The position numbers and the translations under genes are program-made. Under the pieces are notes generated by a model that saw only the letters and a program-made list of their open reading frames with translations, had not been told where the DNA came from and made no database searches. A stretch of DNA of 64,000 nucleotides from Verrucomicrobiota bacterium (lineage in GTDB: Bacteria; Verrucomicrobiota; Verrucomicrobiia; Limisphaerales; AAA164-E04): NCBI GenBank assembly GCA_047947115.1, contig CP170459.1, positions 4,736,001 through 4,800,000 of the forward strand, written 5' to 3'. Positions 1-11,569 of this stretch are shown here, in pieces. The first letter of the stretch is position 1; every line of letters begins with the position of its first letter.

Positions 1-294
1 GGTGATGGAGGTGTCTTTGCTGAATACATTCTTCCCGTTTTGAAGGATCGCTGTGTGGATTGCCACGGCGAAGAGAAGCAAAAAGGCAAACTCCGGCTCG
101 ACTCTTTGGCTGCGACATTGAAAGGTGCCGGCGACGAGGCAATCGTTGTCAAAGGACAGCCGGACAAAAGCTCTCTTTACACACGCATCGTCCTGCCGGC
201 CGACCACGACGACCGCATGCCTCCAAAAGGAGACTTGCTGAGCAAAGCCCAGACCGACCTCATTAAACTCTGGATCTTGAGCGGAGCGGAATAA
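1..294 (+). CDS. C-terminal part of a protein with a planctomycete-type cytochrome c domain (5' end outside window)
   Basis: Frame is open from base 1; ILPVLKDRCVDCH (CxxCH), KGKLRLDS, RMPPKG and LWILSGA motifs; TAA at 292-294. Confidence 0.8.
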   Translation, partial: GDGGVFAEYILPVLKDRCVDCHGEEKQKGKLRLDSLAATLKGAGDEAIVVKGQPDKSSLYTRIVLPADHDDRMPPKGDLLSKAQTDLIKLWILSGAE

Positions 295-323
295 GAAATT
301 GTTCACGAAATAGTATTTGAATC

Positions 324-356
324 AAACGCCTCCAATGTTCCTTGGAGGCGTTTTTT
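324..356 (+). terminator. Intrinsic terminator
   Basis: AAACGCCTCCAA-tgttcc-TTGGAGGCGTTT hairpin running into a T tract. Confidence 0.75.
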
Positions 357-380
357 ATGAATCATTAAACATTGCAAACA

Positions 381-2147
381 ATGAATAGCAGATTAAACAG
401 AGTTCAAACGGGCCTGAGATGCGTCCTCGCAGGCTTGATGGCGGCAGCCTTCATCACACACTTTCATTTCGCCCGAGCCCAATCCACCTCACGTCCCAAT
501 GTCATTTTGGTCATCACCGATGACCAAGGTTACGGCGATGTTGGAGCACATGGGAATACGATGATTCAGACGCCCCAGTTGGATAAACTCCATGCACAGA
601 GCGTCCGCCTGACCCAGTTTCATGTGGACCCGACCTGTTCCCCCACCCGTTCGGCACTGATGACCGGACGCTACTCCACGCGCACCGGAGTCTGGCACAC
701 CATCCTTGGTCGTTCCATTCTCTACAAAGACGAAGTCACCATGGCGGATGTGTTCAAAGCGGGCGGCTACCGCACCGGTATCTTCGGGAAATGGCATCTG
801 GGGGATAATTACCCATCCCGCCCCATGGACCGGGGATTTGATGTTTCGGTGGTGCATGGTGGTGGGGGTGTGACTCAAACACCGGATTACTGGGACAACG
901 ATTATTTCGACGACACCTATTTTCGGAATGGAGACCCGGAAAAATTCGATGGTTACTGCACTGATGTCTTTTTCCGTGAAGCTTCCAAATTCATTCAATC
1001 CGACAGCGACCAACCATTCTTCTGCTACCTGACCACCAACGCGCCGCATGGACCTTTCAACGTATCACAAGCTTACAAGCAACCCTATCTTGACAAGGGA
1101 GTGCCCGAACCCATGGCCAGTTTCTACGGCATGATCACCAATATCGATGACAACATGGGACGCCTGACCGCGATGCTGGAGGAGACCGGATTGGACCAGA
1201 ACACCATCCTGATCTTCATGACGGACAACGGAACCGCGGCAGGTGTGACAGGCAATCCGAAGGAGGAATCAAATGCATGGGCTGGTTTCAACGATGGTAT
1301 GCGCGGACAAAAAGGATCAGCCTATGAAGGCGGTCATCGCGTTCCGTTTTTCATCCGTTGGCCAAAAGGAAACCTTGGTCAACCCAGAGATGTTTCCAAT
1401 TTGAGTGCGCACATCGACATACTCCCAACCCTGGCGGACCTCTGTGAGATCGATTTACCCACAGATCGCCATCTTGACGGCACAAGCCTGGCACCCTTGA
1501 TCAAGGGGGCTGAAGTCAACTGGCCGAACCGAACCCTGTTCGTTCATTCACAACGCATTGAATACCCTCGCAAATGGAAAACATGTTCCGTCATGACCGA
1601 GGAATGGCGACTGATCGACGGCAAGGAATTATATCGAATCGAGGATGACCGCGGACAAACCAAAGACCTCAGCGCACAATTCCCCGGTGTGGTCGAAAAT
1701 CTGCGCCATCAATACGAACAATGGTGGACCACTCTGGAACCCCGCTTCGATGATTATCCTTACATCAGCATCGGAAATGACGCCGAAAACCCGGCCAAAG
1801 TCACCGCCCACGATTGGCACGGACCGGCCGTTCCCTGGAACCAACGCATGGTCCGCAACATGCCTCATCACAATGGTTACTGGATGGTCAATGTTGAACA
1901 AACAGGATGGTACCGATTCACCCTCCGCCACTGGCCCGAGGGCACAGGCAAGATCATCAAAGCCAAACAGGCGCGATTGAAGATTGCCGATGTTGACAAC
2001 ACCATCGTACTGACCGATCAAAAGGACCGCGTCATGTTCAATGTCTACCTCCCCAAGGGCAAAACCAAGATGCAAACCTGGTTGACCGAAAAGGACAACG
2101 ACAAATCCCGCGGAGCATTCTTCGTCGATGTGGAGCATTTGAAGTAA
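381..2147 (+). CDS. Secreted arylsulfatase (S1, formylglycine-dependent)
   Basis: Signal-like N-terminus; RPNVILVITDDQGYGD, CSPTRSALMTGR, GKWHLG, YEGGHRVPFF motifs. Confidence 0.92.
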   Translation: MNSRLNRVQTGLRCVLAGLMAAAFITHFHFARAQSTSRPNVILVITDDQGYGDVGAHGNTMIQTPQLDKLHAQSVRLTQFHVDPTCSPTRSALMTGRYSTRTGVWHTILGRSILYKDEVTMADVFKAGGYRTGIFGKWHLGDNYPSRPMDRGFDVSVVHGGGGVTQTPDYWDNDYFDDTYFRNGDPEKFDGYCTDVFFREASKFIQSDSDQPFFCYLTTNAPHGPFNVSQAYKQPYLDKGVPEPMASFYGMITNIDDNMGRLTAMLEETGLDQNTILIFMTDNGTAAGVTGNPKEESNAWAGFNDGMRGQKGSAYEGGHRVPFFIRWPKGNLGQPRDVSNLSAHIDILPTLADLCEIDLPTDRHLDGTSLAPLIKGAEVNWPNRTLFVHSQRIEYPRKWKTCSVMTEEWRLIDGKELYRIEDDRGQTKDLSAQFPGVVENLRHQYEQWWTTLEPRFDDYPYISIGNDAENPAKVTAHDWHGPAVPWNQRMVRNMPHHNGYWMVNVEQTGWYRFTLRHWPEGTGKIIKAKQARLKIADVDNTIVLTDQKDRVMFNVYLPKGKTKMQTWLTEKDNDKSRGAFFVDVEHLK

Positions 2148-2240
2148 GCAGATAGTCAGCTTCAGGCATCGTAAAAAAGGCCAGCTAGTTCGAACAAAGG
2201 CAATGCGCCTGAAATAAACTCATATGGGGGGCAACCATCC

Positions 2241-2274
2241 AAAGATCATTTCGTTCATCGAAATGATCTTTTTT
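2241..2274. terminator. Probable bidirectional terminator between convergent genes
   Basis: Perfect 13-bp stem AAAGATCATTTCG / CGAAATGATCTTT with a 5-nt loop and a T run. Confidence 0.7.
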
Positions 2275-5200
2275 ATCGGGATACATTCAAAGGTTGCACA
2301 AACAATCCAACCGGCCAGGCCTTGACTGTGAAATCGTCCGATGCGGTGGCCAACCATTGGTTGTCGGGACTGAAGGCCATTTCATTAACTTGATGAGAAT
2401 GGGCGCGGAAAGAAGCAATCATTTCGTGCGTTTTGGTGTCCCACAATTCAATTTGCCCCAAATGATGATGTGTCACGATTACCAACAGACGTCGATCGGG
2501 GCTCATTCTTGACCACCGATATTCTTTGTGAGACATGTCTTCCTGGTTCATCATTGCAAGCGAGTTTTTCATTTCACCGGAATCCAAATTCCAAAAGCCA
2601 AGAATTCCCCTTCTTGTCACCGTGATAATTTCACCCTCGTCCTCATTTAACCAGGCACCGAGCAAGGCCGAATCAAAATCCCGAAGGTCAACGAGTTGCC
2701 GGCCGGATTCCACCTCCCATACACCAACATTGAATTGATGCATGAACAGTCGTTTGGAATCCTGCGAAAAACTGGCTGAAAAGCCGGCTTTGACTCCTTC
2801 CAATTGATGAGCTAATTGACCATCTTTCAAGTTGTAGATGCGAGCAGGTTCACTTTGGTCTGACAGCAACATCCATCGTCCATCCGGACTAAAACAAACA
2901 TGAGTCAAGAGACGGTCGAACCCCGCGAATATGGAAACCAGTTGTCTTTTCTCAACGTCGAACAAATAGGGATCGTGGGCCACACTTCTGTTTTCCCAAC
3001 GAGTCCCTTTACTCACACCGTTCCGAGCTAATGTGTTCTTATGGTACCTGCCTGACGGATCAACCAAGACATACTTGCCAGAAGGATCGGGATGCACTTC
3101 AGACACGGTCGACAGCAATCCCGGCACCCCCCAAAGGATCTCCTTGTTTCTTCAATCCCACAAACGAGCAGGCTGAAAAGACATTTTGGTGGGAGGCAAC
3201 CCGAGAATGTTTAAAAAGGCCCCGTCAACATCATTCGAAGCCGTCCACAACCCATTACCATCCGGACTGAAGGCCACACACCTCACCTCCCCTAAAAGCC
3301 GGTTTCGAACAACATCATTTGGCGCTTTTTCATATCCTTTAAGCATATGGTGGCGATCCGGCTGAGCCAAGGACCAGACACGAGCTGTGAGATCATCAGA
3401 ACCAGAAGCAACATGATTACTGTCGGGATGCCAATCCAATTGGGTCACACGTTTGGTATGTCCCTTAAAGGAGATCGCCATTTTCTCAAGACTGCCAGAT
3501 TCCCAAATGCGGACTGTGTGGTCTCGCGATGCCGTGGCGATATGAAAACCATTGGGATGGAATTTGCCATCTACCACCCGGTCATCATGCCCTTGCAACA
3601 CCGCCAAACCATGTCCGGTTTTCAAATCCCATAGACGCCCGGTACCATCGGCAGACACTGTCAGCAATCGTTTCTCATCGCTGGAAAAATCCACCCTCAA
3701 AACTGGAGCAGTATGTGACTTAAACAAGTGCATCAAATGTCCATCCGGCACACTGAACACGCGTGCAACGTGATCAGCGCAGGCTGTGGCCACACTTTGG
3801 CCATCAGGACTAAACTCAGCATCCAGCACCGTATGGTGATGCCCTTCCAATGCCGCGATCCATTCACGTTTTTTCAAATCCCATACTCCAACCTGGTCAG
3901 GTAAATCAGCAACAGTTACCGCCCAGCGACCGTTGTTGGAGAACTGAACCTGACAACGACTGTTGCCAAACACTTCTTTACCACCCAACACTTGTGAAAC
4001 TTGATTCCTAAATCCACCGATCTGCTTACCAGATTCGAGATCCCAAAACTTCACTAATTCCGATTCATAGGCTCTATTGTTGGTTGAACTCGTTGAACGA
4101 TGCCCGGCGGCACTCTCCTCCACTTTGACCTCCAAAACCTGCCCCATTGATGTCGTGGCTATCGATTGACCATCAGGTGTGAACTCCACCGAAGCGACCG
4201 AGGCTTCGTGCCCAGTGAGCACGTGCATTTTCCGGCCCGTGGAAGATTCCCAAATCACCGCGGTTTTATCGAGGGACGATGTCACCACCCATTGCCCATC
4301 CGGACTAAAACGGGCATCCGTCACCTGGGCGCTGTGCCCTTCCAGAACGTGCCGTATCTCCCCTGTTTTCGCATCCCATAAGCGAACTTTATTTTCACCA
4401 TTCCAAGGTCCCTCCCAGGTTGCTATAGGTTCACCCATAGGAGATAAATGAGGATAATAAAACCCTTCATCGATACTCAGAGTAAGGATCATGGATTCAT
4501 CGGGACTGAATTCGGCGTGACTGAGGGATCCATTGCTACCTTCCAAAACTAAAAGCAACTCACCCGAAAAAGCATTCCACACTCGCGCTTTTGTATCCTT
4601 GGAGGAGGTCAGTATGTTACTGCCGTCCATACTGAAAACAAGGGACGCTGCACGATCCTCATGTCGCATCACCTTCCGTGCGGTGAGGACCGGAGCACGA
4701 GCCGTTGCCAAGTCCATGGCAGCTTGATGAGCTTTTTCCAGAGCTGCTTGTTTCTGTAAGGTCTGCAGAAACAATCCCCCCAAACCAAAAACAGACAGCA
4801 AAACCACCAACACACTAAGAGCCGCAATGGAGGGTTTGCGGCGCGCCCATTTGATCTTGCGCTCCCAGAAACCACTGGGACGGGCTTCGATGGGTTGATA
4901 TGCCAACCAACGTTCCAAATCCTGCCCCAAAACCTCAGCCGACGCATAACGCCGGGCAGGATGTTTTTCCAGGCATTTCAGGCAGATGGTGGCAAGGTCA
5001 TCCGGCAGGGATTTGTTCCATTGCTTTGGGTGAGGCGGTTCATCTGACTGAACATACTGAAGCAATTCCAAAGGATCTTCTGCATCGAAAGGAGGTCTCC
5101 CGGTGAACAAATGGTAGAGCACCGCCCCCAAACTATAAACATCCGCAGAAGTGGTCAGAGGAATACGTCCGGATTTGGCCTGTTCAGGGGCCATGTAGGC

Positions 5201-5893
5201 AGGGGTTCCCATGATCGTTCCGGTGCGCGTCATCGTCACATCTTCCCCTTCCCGTTTGGCCAGACCAAAATCCGTCACCCAGGGCTCGCCCTTTGCATCG
5301 ATCAATATATTGCCTGGTTTGATGTCACGATGGAGTACTCCGCGCTGATGGGCAAAATGGACCGCCTTCACCACTTTCACCATCAACTCCACAGCCCGCC
5401 TTGGGTGAGCCATCAAAGAGGGTAGTGATTCCTTGAGAGTCCCGTTCTCAATGTATTTCATCGTAAAGAACGTTTGTCCATCATGCCTTCCTATTTCGTA
5501 TATGGGAACGATGTTGGGGTGATCCAGATGAGCAACCACTTCGGCTTCGGAAAGAAAGCGTTTGAGCACATCCTGGCGAGCAAAAGCCCCTGCGAACAGC
5601 ATTTTCAGGGCAACCACACGATTGAGCTTCTTTTGACGCGCCTTATACACCACGCCCATGCCTCCCTGTGCAATTTCCTCAAGAATCTCGTAATCCCAGG
5701 CCCCCTCCCCAACATGAGCAACATTCTGATCCGCATCTTTTGTCAGGATCATCTCATCAGACAGCACAACCGTTTCATCGATACCTGCCCGAATCAGGCA
5801 ATTGGAACAAAGTTCATCAACCGACTGGAGTGGAGCGCCGCATGTTTCACATTTTTTTGGATCATTCATGGCAGTCATTGTTTTTTCCTTCAA
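2273..5893 (-). pseudogene. Ser/Thr protein kinase with TM helix and WD40 repeats, interrupted by one in-frame TGA
   Basis: [22 protein letters not shown] and APE kinase motifs; many GH..WD repeats. ORFs 3152..5893 and 2273..3127 are in the same frame, separated only by TGA at 3152-3154 (RLWD*RNKEILWGVPG). Confidence 0.8.
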
Positions 5894-5944
5894 TGTCTAC
5901 TGATGAATGATCCTCCAAAGGTAACGCATTTTTTGAAAAAAAGT

Positions 5945-6694
5945 TCAGGACGAGGAAAGACAATACTGCAAATAGCCCAGCTCCTCCTGAATTTTGGTAG
6001 GGTCATCGATCGTATCCGCCACTTTGCGATGCAACAGATCGCGATACTGCTCGCGCAGCCGTTTCACTTTCATCTTCACCGCCGCCTCGCTCAATCGGAG
6101 TTCTTTTGCTATATCTTGATAACGGATTTGTCCTGCTTGCTTCAACATATGTGGTTTCAATCGTTCGAACTCGTCCAATCGACCAACAGACTCCCATTGC
6201 GCCCGTAAGACATCCATCACTTCTCCCAGCAGACTCAAGGCCCAACGCCGTTCGTAAGCCCGTTCGGGGTCCGAGGTTTGCCAGGTTTCCGCCGCCAGGC
6301 GCTCCTCTCCGCTCAAGGCGTCGAGAGAAACCAGCTCCGTCCCACCTCCACGTTTGAGGGCGCGCTGTTTGTTCCATTGGTTCTGGATGTAATGTTTGAA
6401 AGCCCCCAGGAGAAAAGACCGGAATCGACCACGCATCGGGTCGGCTTGAGCCAGATATTGCCGGCTCAGCAAGCGCTCGAAAAAACCCTGCACCAGATCA
6501 CGTGCGGATTCGCGATCATTTCCCAACTGTCGCGCAAAGGCATATAAAGGATACCAATATCGTTCGCATAAAATTTGCAAGGCATCCCAACCCCGGGTCT
6601 TTTCAGGATCGGTCGCCGCTTTCACCTGCGTCCACAGGGTCGTGGCAAACCATCCCGGCCGCACTTCACTGGAGGTTGTGGCATGCTGCTTCAT
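5945..6694 (-). CDS. ECF-type sigma-70 factor, kinase-associated PVC type
   Basis: FATTLWTQV, LCERYWYPLYAF, DLVQGFF, GRFRSFLL; C-terminal HTH YQDIAKELRLSEAAVKMKVKRLR; directly upstream of the kinase. Confidence 0.88.
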   Translation of the reverse strand: MKQHATTSSEVRPGWFATTLWTQVKAATDPEKTRGWDALQILCERYWYPLYAFARQLGNDRESARDLVQGFFERLLSRQYLAQADPMRGRFRSFLLGAFKHYIQNQWNKQRALKRGGGTELVSLDALSGEERLAAETWQTSDPERAYERRWALSLLGEVMDVLRAQWESVGRLDEFERLKPHMLKQAGQIRYQDIAKELRLSEAAVKMKVKRLREQYRDLLHRKVADTIDDPTKIQEELGYLQYCLSSS

Positions 6695-6703
6695 GGGGAT
6701 TTG

Positions 6704-9700
6704 TTAAAGAGACTGCATTTGCAGATAGGCAATCAGGTCGGCAAGATCCTGATCGCTCAGTGCCTCTCCCCACCCCTCGGGCATCAGTGAGCGTGTGGCG
6801 GGTCGAAGCGATTCAACCTGGTCATTTGGTATGGATCTTTTCTCGCCGGTAGTGGTGGTGATTGCGATACTGTCTGCTGTTTGTTCACCCAACAACACCG
6901 TCCATTCCGTTTCATCTTTCAACACCAGTTCGTGTGCCAGGTAGGTTTGTTCGATGGCATCGTTTGGATTCAGGATGGCGGTGAGCAAGGCCAGTCCGGA
7001 CCGGTCGCTCAGAGCATTGAGATCCGGCCCGACACTGGCGCCCTCTCCACCAAACAGATGACAGACACTGCAGTTCTGCTTGAACAGTTCCTGTCCGTGC
7101 CTGGTGTTCCTGGAAAGTTTGGCGATCTTTTCGAAGCGTTGCTGGACGGTTTGATCGGGAACACGGTTCAAACCCAACCGATGTGAACGTTGATCCAAAG
7201 CTTCTTTAACAATAGGTTTCAACGCGGCATTGGGGAGATTCCTCAAAGCGATGGTCATCTCGGGAGTGATGGTGGCATCAACCAAAGGTTGTTCGCCTGA
7301 TTCGAAATGTCCCGTCGCCAAAACGTTCAGAAACCGTTTTGTCCAGGATTCACGCTTCAACACAATCCCCAACAAGATCCGGCGTTCTTCCAAAGAACAA
7401 CGATTCCACAAGGATTCAAGCCAGCCTGAATTTTCACCTAAAGATTCCGGGCGATTGGAAATCTGGTTCAGGATGTGGCGCTTCGTCTCCGTACCCAAAC
7501 CACTCTGCCCAGCGAACAAATATTCAAGCCACGGAACCCAGTCCTGAACCCCGCCCAGAGCAAACATGAAATCAAAAGCAAGGATCCTTTGTCCAGTAGA
7601 AGCTTGAGCATCAAGCAGCACGGGAATCATCAGTTCCGTCATTTCCCTGACAGGCCAGCCATCGGCTTCTTTCACTGATCCGCCGCTCTTTGCAAATTGT
7701 GTCAGAAGTGAGATCTTACCTGACAGGCTTTGGTCCGTGACGCCCGTTTTACCGGCGTATCCGTTTGCAAGTGATTCTACTGATAAATCAGGATCCAGCG
7801 GCAAATGCGCCTTAGGTTGGAGGGCACCACTTTTTTCTTGATCCAAACGAGTGGCTTGCCGGACCGCATGGTCCAGCCACGGAACTTTTTCACGAAAGGC
7901 CAAACTCAACAGGTCGTTGCGCAACGGCCCTTCCAGACATGTTTCACACGACATGGCGTGCTTCAACATGGGTTCCAGATGAACGCTGGCAGTGGTCAGC
8001 AAAGCCTCCTTGAAATAAGGCCGTCGTTGGTCCCGATGCATCGCTTGAGCCAGGAAGTCGCCACTCCATTCATTTTCAACTGCACCGAGCGTCAAGATGG
8101 CCTGATAACGTACGGACCGGGCGGGATCTTCCAGGAGTTTTGAAAACGTTGATGCGTATGTTTCCTCAGTTTCCAAGGCTCTTTGGTAGGCAGCAAATTC
8201 AGACAACTGGAGAGCATTTTCCCTCACTCCTTCATGTGGATCCTTCAGAATCGCCAGCAGGTCATCCACACTCAAGTGACCCAGTCCATGCAGTGTCCAC
8301 ATCGCATGAAGTCGCGCTTTGGGTTGAACGGCCGTTCGCAGCATGGTCTTAAGCACGGCGGACTGTCCTTCGGCGTGAGAAGAAACAAGCAAACGCTGGG
8401 CTGTATCCCGAACCCATCCGTTATCGTTCTCCAGCATGACTGTCCATTCTGAAGCAGTCATGGAATCCATGTTTGGCATACCACGGTTGTCGACACCTTT
8501 TCGGTGAATGCGATAAATGCGGCCCTTGTCCGTACCCGCTCGGGTGTCCATGTATTGTTCAACATCATCCGGAATCCATTCGGTATGCTCGATGATCAGC
8601 CGGTACATATCCGAAACATACAAAGCGCCATCCGGTCCGGTCTTGGACATGGAGGGGCGAAACCAGGGATCGGTGCTGGCAAAGAACTCACGTTGCTGTT
8701 CGTCCTCCGGCCGGTTTGCTTTGAAACTCATGCCATCCGGCTCCAACACAAGGTGCCTGACGAGATTATGCACGGGTTCACAAATGAAAACATGCTGTTT
8801 GTCATCATCAAACAAAACGGTGTCACGGTATAGTGACGGGCCGCAGGCCGAAGTTACGTGCCCCCGCATGCCAATGTCATTGAATCGTTGAAGCGTGGGA
8901 GCGATTTGATTGACCTTTTTCAGTTCCGGTTCGCTTGCCAATTGAATCTTGTTGGATCCCAGGTCTGCAAACGACACCCGACCTGCATAGCGTTCGGGAA
9001 GATGGTAGTGCCAAAGCCAGTTTGGATTGTTGTTGCCAAACCAATGCCCCCAATCGTCGCGGCGCCTGCCAAACTGCGTCTGTCCTTCCACCCTTTCAAA
9101 CCTACCACTCACCGGATCAAAACGGAAATCCCTGCGACGAATGTCCCACTCCTCATCCGACCAGAGAGATCGGACTATGCCGCTGCTGTCTCCATTGGCA
9201 CCATACAATTGATGATCCAGACCATAAACGAATCCATTGACGAGATGCTGCTGATTCCACACCCCGAATCCGTCAAAAAGCCTCCTCACAAGATCCGCCT
9301 TGCCGTCTCCGTCCAGATCGGATGCGAAAAAGACATTGGGTGCGGAGCTAATCCACAACCCATTTTCCCATGGATAAATACCATTCGGGAACGGGATCTG
9401 ATCCAGAAAAATCAATGACTCATCATATACACCATCTCCATCCACATCCTCCAGGCGCTTGATCCGTCCACCAGGGGCACCGGCCCCATCCAAGCCCATG
9501 GGATAATCCCTCATTTCCGCCACCCAGAGGAAACCATCCGATGACCATTCGAAAGCCACCGGATCTTCGACCAGTGGTTCGGAAGCCACACATGTCAACT
9601 CGTAGGAATCTCCTACCTGAAGTGATGCCATCGCTTCGGACAGGGATTTGGGTTTGGGACGGTTACCCAAAAGGATTTCCTGAAACGCTTTACGCTGCAC

Positions 9701-11527
9701 CAAATCGGGCAAATGGGCTGTGTCCTCGTTCTGCACCCATACATGCCCTTTTGCAAACCATGCACCATTGTCCCGATGCGCCCCTGCCCGCACAAAGGCC
9801 GGGATGGCGTCTTCATCGGATCGTTTCCCTTCCATGATCAGACGCGACCAACCTGCTTGAAAACCCAACACCCATTCCGGAATAAAAATGTAGGCCGAAT
9901 AACGCGTTTCATCGGATTGAATCAAATCCAGCCAACCATCCGAGTTGATGTCCACCAGGCGAACTCCCATGTCTCTTCCCTGGTCATCCACCAGAGTCAC
10001 ATCATCCGGCCAAAAATAGCTCATCTCCTCCCAGGTCTTGCGATCCTGCCTCCACTTCAAGACACCTTGCTGGCCCGGATACCCGACAATCAATTCATCC
10101 ACTCCGTCATGATCCACATCATGCACCAGCACACCATCTGTATTGTTTTGCAACACAGTAGGTACGGCCCTGCCTTTGCATCGCAACTCAGATATCAAAC
10201 TCCCCAAAGTAATCAGCTCATCCGCTTCGCTCAGCCAGGCGCCCTCTCCTTTGTCGTCACGATAGAACCAAGCCGTTGGCCCATCTTTCCAAAACACTCC
10301 GTGTTTGAGTCCGGTGGCATGGGCTCCATCTGTTTGAACCGGTAGAGGCGACGCTTGATCCATGTAGCTGCCAAGTTCTTCGTTCCAAATGCGAACCGTT
10401 CCCTTTTCTTGACCTCCCAACACCACATCGAGGTATCCATCCCGATTGATATCCACCAGGCGATTGCCGGCATCCTTGCCATCCGGACGACGCAATCCAT
10501 GGCCTGACAAGAGATGTTCGCGCAAACGTTCCGCAGCTTCCTTGAAGGTCAGAAACAACACACGTCGACCAAAAGTTTCGTCCGCATAATCGATGAACTC
10601 ATTAACCTGATCATTGCGTATCCAACCGTGGGGATGAAAAACCCAGGTGAACACTCCCTGCTTTTTAACCGTTAAATCCAGGGCCCGTTTCCAATCCTCG
10701 ACAGTGGTTTCGTTGTTCACACCATGTAAATTCTGCGCTTCCCAGTCACTGGGCGCCAAAGCCGGAAACTCCCAGCAGACATCGTTGATCACATATGGAT
10801 ACGGATAATTCTCAATGGTGGTCGTGAACGAAGGAAATGGCACGTACTTGGTAAAGCGTTCTTTTCCTTCAGCATCCAGCACCAGATTTCCAGGCAATTC
10901 GGAGTCGTCTGATGTCAGGAGGCAGACGACACTCGAGTCGATTTCAAGAAACCCTCCCTCCTCCGAGGTGTAGGGAAATATTTCACTGTAGAACCTCGGG
11001 CTGGGCGAATTGATCGAATCACAGCAAGGCATGCGGTAAGCAACGGTCCGGTTGTTGGGAATACGATTGAGTAAGTCAACACCACCAAAAAAGGTATTCT
11101 GAGCAGCAGGAAAATCTCCTTTGGCAAGCAAGGGACACGGATGCGAGAGCGTATGAACTTCGAGGGAAAGTCCCTCCTTGAGCCAGATTTGGAACCGCGG
11201 TTCATTCGGATCAAGACTATTGCAATAAATACTGACCGGTGCTCGTCCGTCGATTTTCTTGAGACGATTCAGAATGGGACGCAGGTAATCCTCATACTTT
11301 TGAGTCGTTCGAAGGTCATCGATAGCCAGGATAACCACAGCATCAACGCCTTCTTCCCCCACCCATTGGGGCGTGGTCAGTTTCGGGAAATCCTTATCAA
11401 CATAAAAAGGATTGTTCGGGACCAACTGCTGCTGCCCCCCCAAGACAGCGAGTCCGGCCCCTCCAACACCCAACAAAACTCCAAACAACAACCTGATGAA
11501 ACCATGTGACAAAAAGGAGGAATGCAT
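6704..11527 (-). CDS. PVC-type heme-binding protein: polysaccharide-deacetylase-like + FG-GAP/VCBS + sugar-dehydrogenase-like propeller + HEAT + cytochrome c
   Basis: LAIDD and EVHTLSHP (deacetylase-like); DINRDGYLD repeats; ASEPLVEDPVAFEW..WVAEMRDYP; CSVCH and VGPDL near the C-terminus. Confidence 0.8.
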   Translation of the reverse strand: MHSSFLSHGFIRLLFGVLLGVGGAGLAVLGGQQQLVPNNPFYVDKDFPKLTTPQWVGEEGVDAVVILAIDDLRTTQKYEDYLRPILNRLKKIDGRAPVSIYCNSLDPNEPRFQIWLKEGLSLEVHTLSHPCPLLAKGDFPAAQNTFFGGVDLLNRIPNNRTVAYRMPCCDSINSPSPRFYSEIFPYTSEEGGFLEIDSSVVCLLTSDDSELPGNLVLDAEGKERFTKYVPFPSFTTTIENYPYPYVINDVCWEFPALAPSDWEAQNLHGVNNETTVEDWKRALDLTVKKQGVFTWVFHPHGWIRNDQVNEFIDYADETFGRRVLFLTFKEAAERLREHLLSGHGLRRPDGKDAGNRLVDINRDGYLDVVLGGQEKGTVRIWNEELGSYMDQASPLPVQTDGAHATGLKHGVFWKDGPTAWFYRDDKGEGAWLSEADELITLGSLISELRCKGRAVPTVLQNNTDGVLVHDVDHDGVDELIVGYPGQQGVLKWRQDRKTWEEMSYFWPDDVTLVDDQGRDMGVRLVDINSDGWLDLIQSDETRYSAYIFIPEWVLGFQAGWSRLIMEGKRSDEDAIPAFVRAGAHRDNGAWFAKGHVWVQNEDTAHLPDLVQRKAFQEILLGNRPKPKSLSEAMASLQVGDSYELTCVASEPLVEDPVAFEWSSDGFLWVAEMRDYPMGLDGAGAPGGRIKRLEDVDGDGVYDESLIFLDQIPFPNGIYPWENGLWISSAPNVFFASDLDGDGKADLVRRLFDGFGVWNQQHLVNGFVYGLDHQLYGANGDSSGIVRSLWSDEEWDIRRRDFRFDPVSGRFERVEGQTQFGRRRDDWGHWFGNNNPNWLWHYHLPERYAGRVSFADLGSNKIQLASEPELKKVNQIAPTLQRFNDIGMRGHVTSACGPSLYRDTVLFDDDKQHVFICEPVHNLVRHLVLEPDGMSFKANRPEDEQQREFFASTDPWFRPSMSKTGPDGALYVSDMYRLIIEHTEWIPDDVEQYMDTRAGTDKGRIYRIHRKGVDNRGMPNMDSMTASEWTVMLENDNGWVRDTAQRLLVSSHAEGQSAVLKTMLRTAVQPKARLHAMWTLHGLGHLSVDDLLAILKDPHEGVRENALQLSEFAAYQRALETEETYASTFSKLLEDPARSVRYQAILTLGAVENEWSGDFLAQAMHRDQRRPYFKEALLTTASVHLEPMLKHAMSCETCLEGPLRNDLLSLAFREKVPWLDHAVRQATRLDQEKSGALQPKAHLPLDPDLSVESLANGYAGKTGVTDQSLSGKISLLTQFAKSGGSVKEADGWPVREMTELMIPVLLDAQASTGQRILAFDFMFALGGVQDWVPWLEYLFAGQSGLGTETKRHILNQISNRPESLGENSGWLESLWNRCSLEERRILLGIVLKRESWTKRFLNVLATGHFESGEQPLVDATITPEMTIALRNLPNAALKPIVKEALDQRSHRLGLNRVPDQTVQQRFEKIAKLSRNTRHGQELFKQNCSVCHLFGGEGASVGPDLNALSDRSGLALLTAILNPNDAIEQTYLAHELVLKDETEWTVLLGEQTADSIAITTTTGEKRSIPNDQVESLRPATRSLMPEGWGEALSDQDLADLIAYLQMQSL

Positions 11528-11569
11528 GAAGGTATTAAAGACCGATTCGCCGGCGGAACCAAGCCGAAT

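Noticed and set aside
2160..2215. Possible riboswitch or ncRNA (TTCAGGC...GCCTGAA)
   Set aside because: Only a 7-bp pairing between convergent gene ends, with no recognisable family consensus.
3152..3154. Genome-wide stop-codon reassignment or selenocysteine
   Set aside because: Many intact genes here end in TGA (e.g. aroQ, hflK, vapB), the other internal stop is TAG, and the context is not a redox Cys site.
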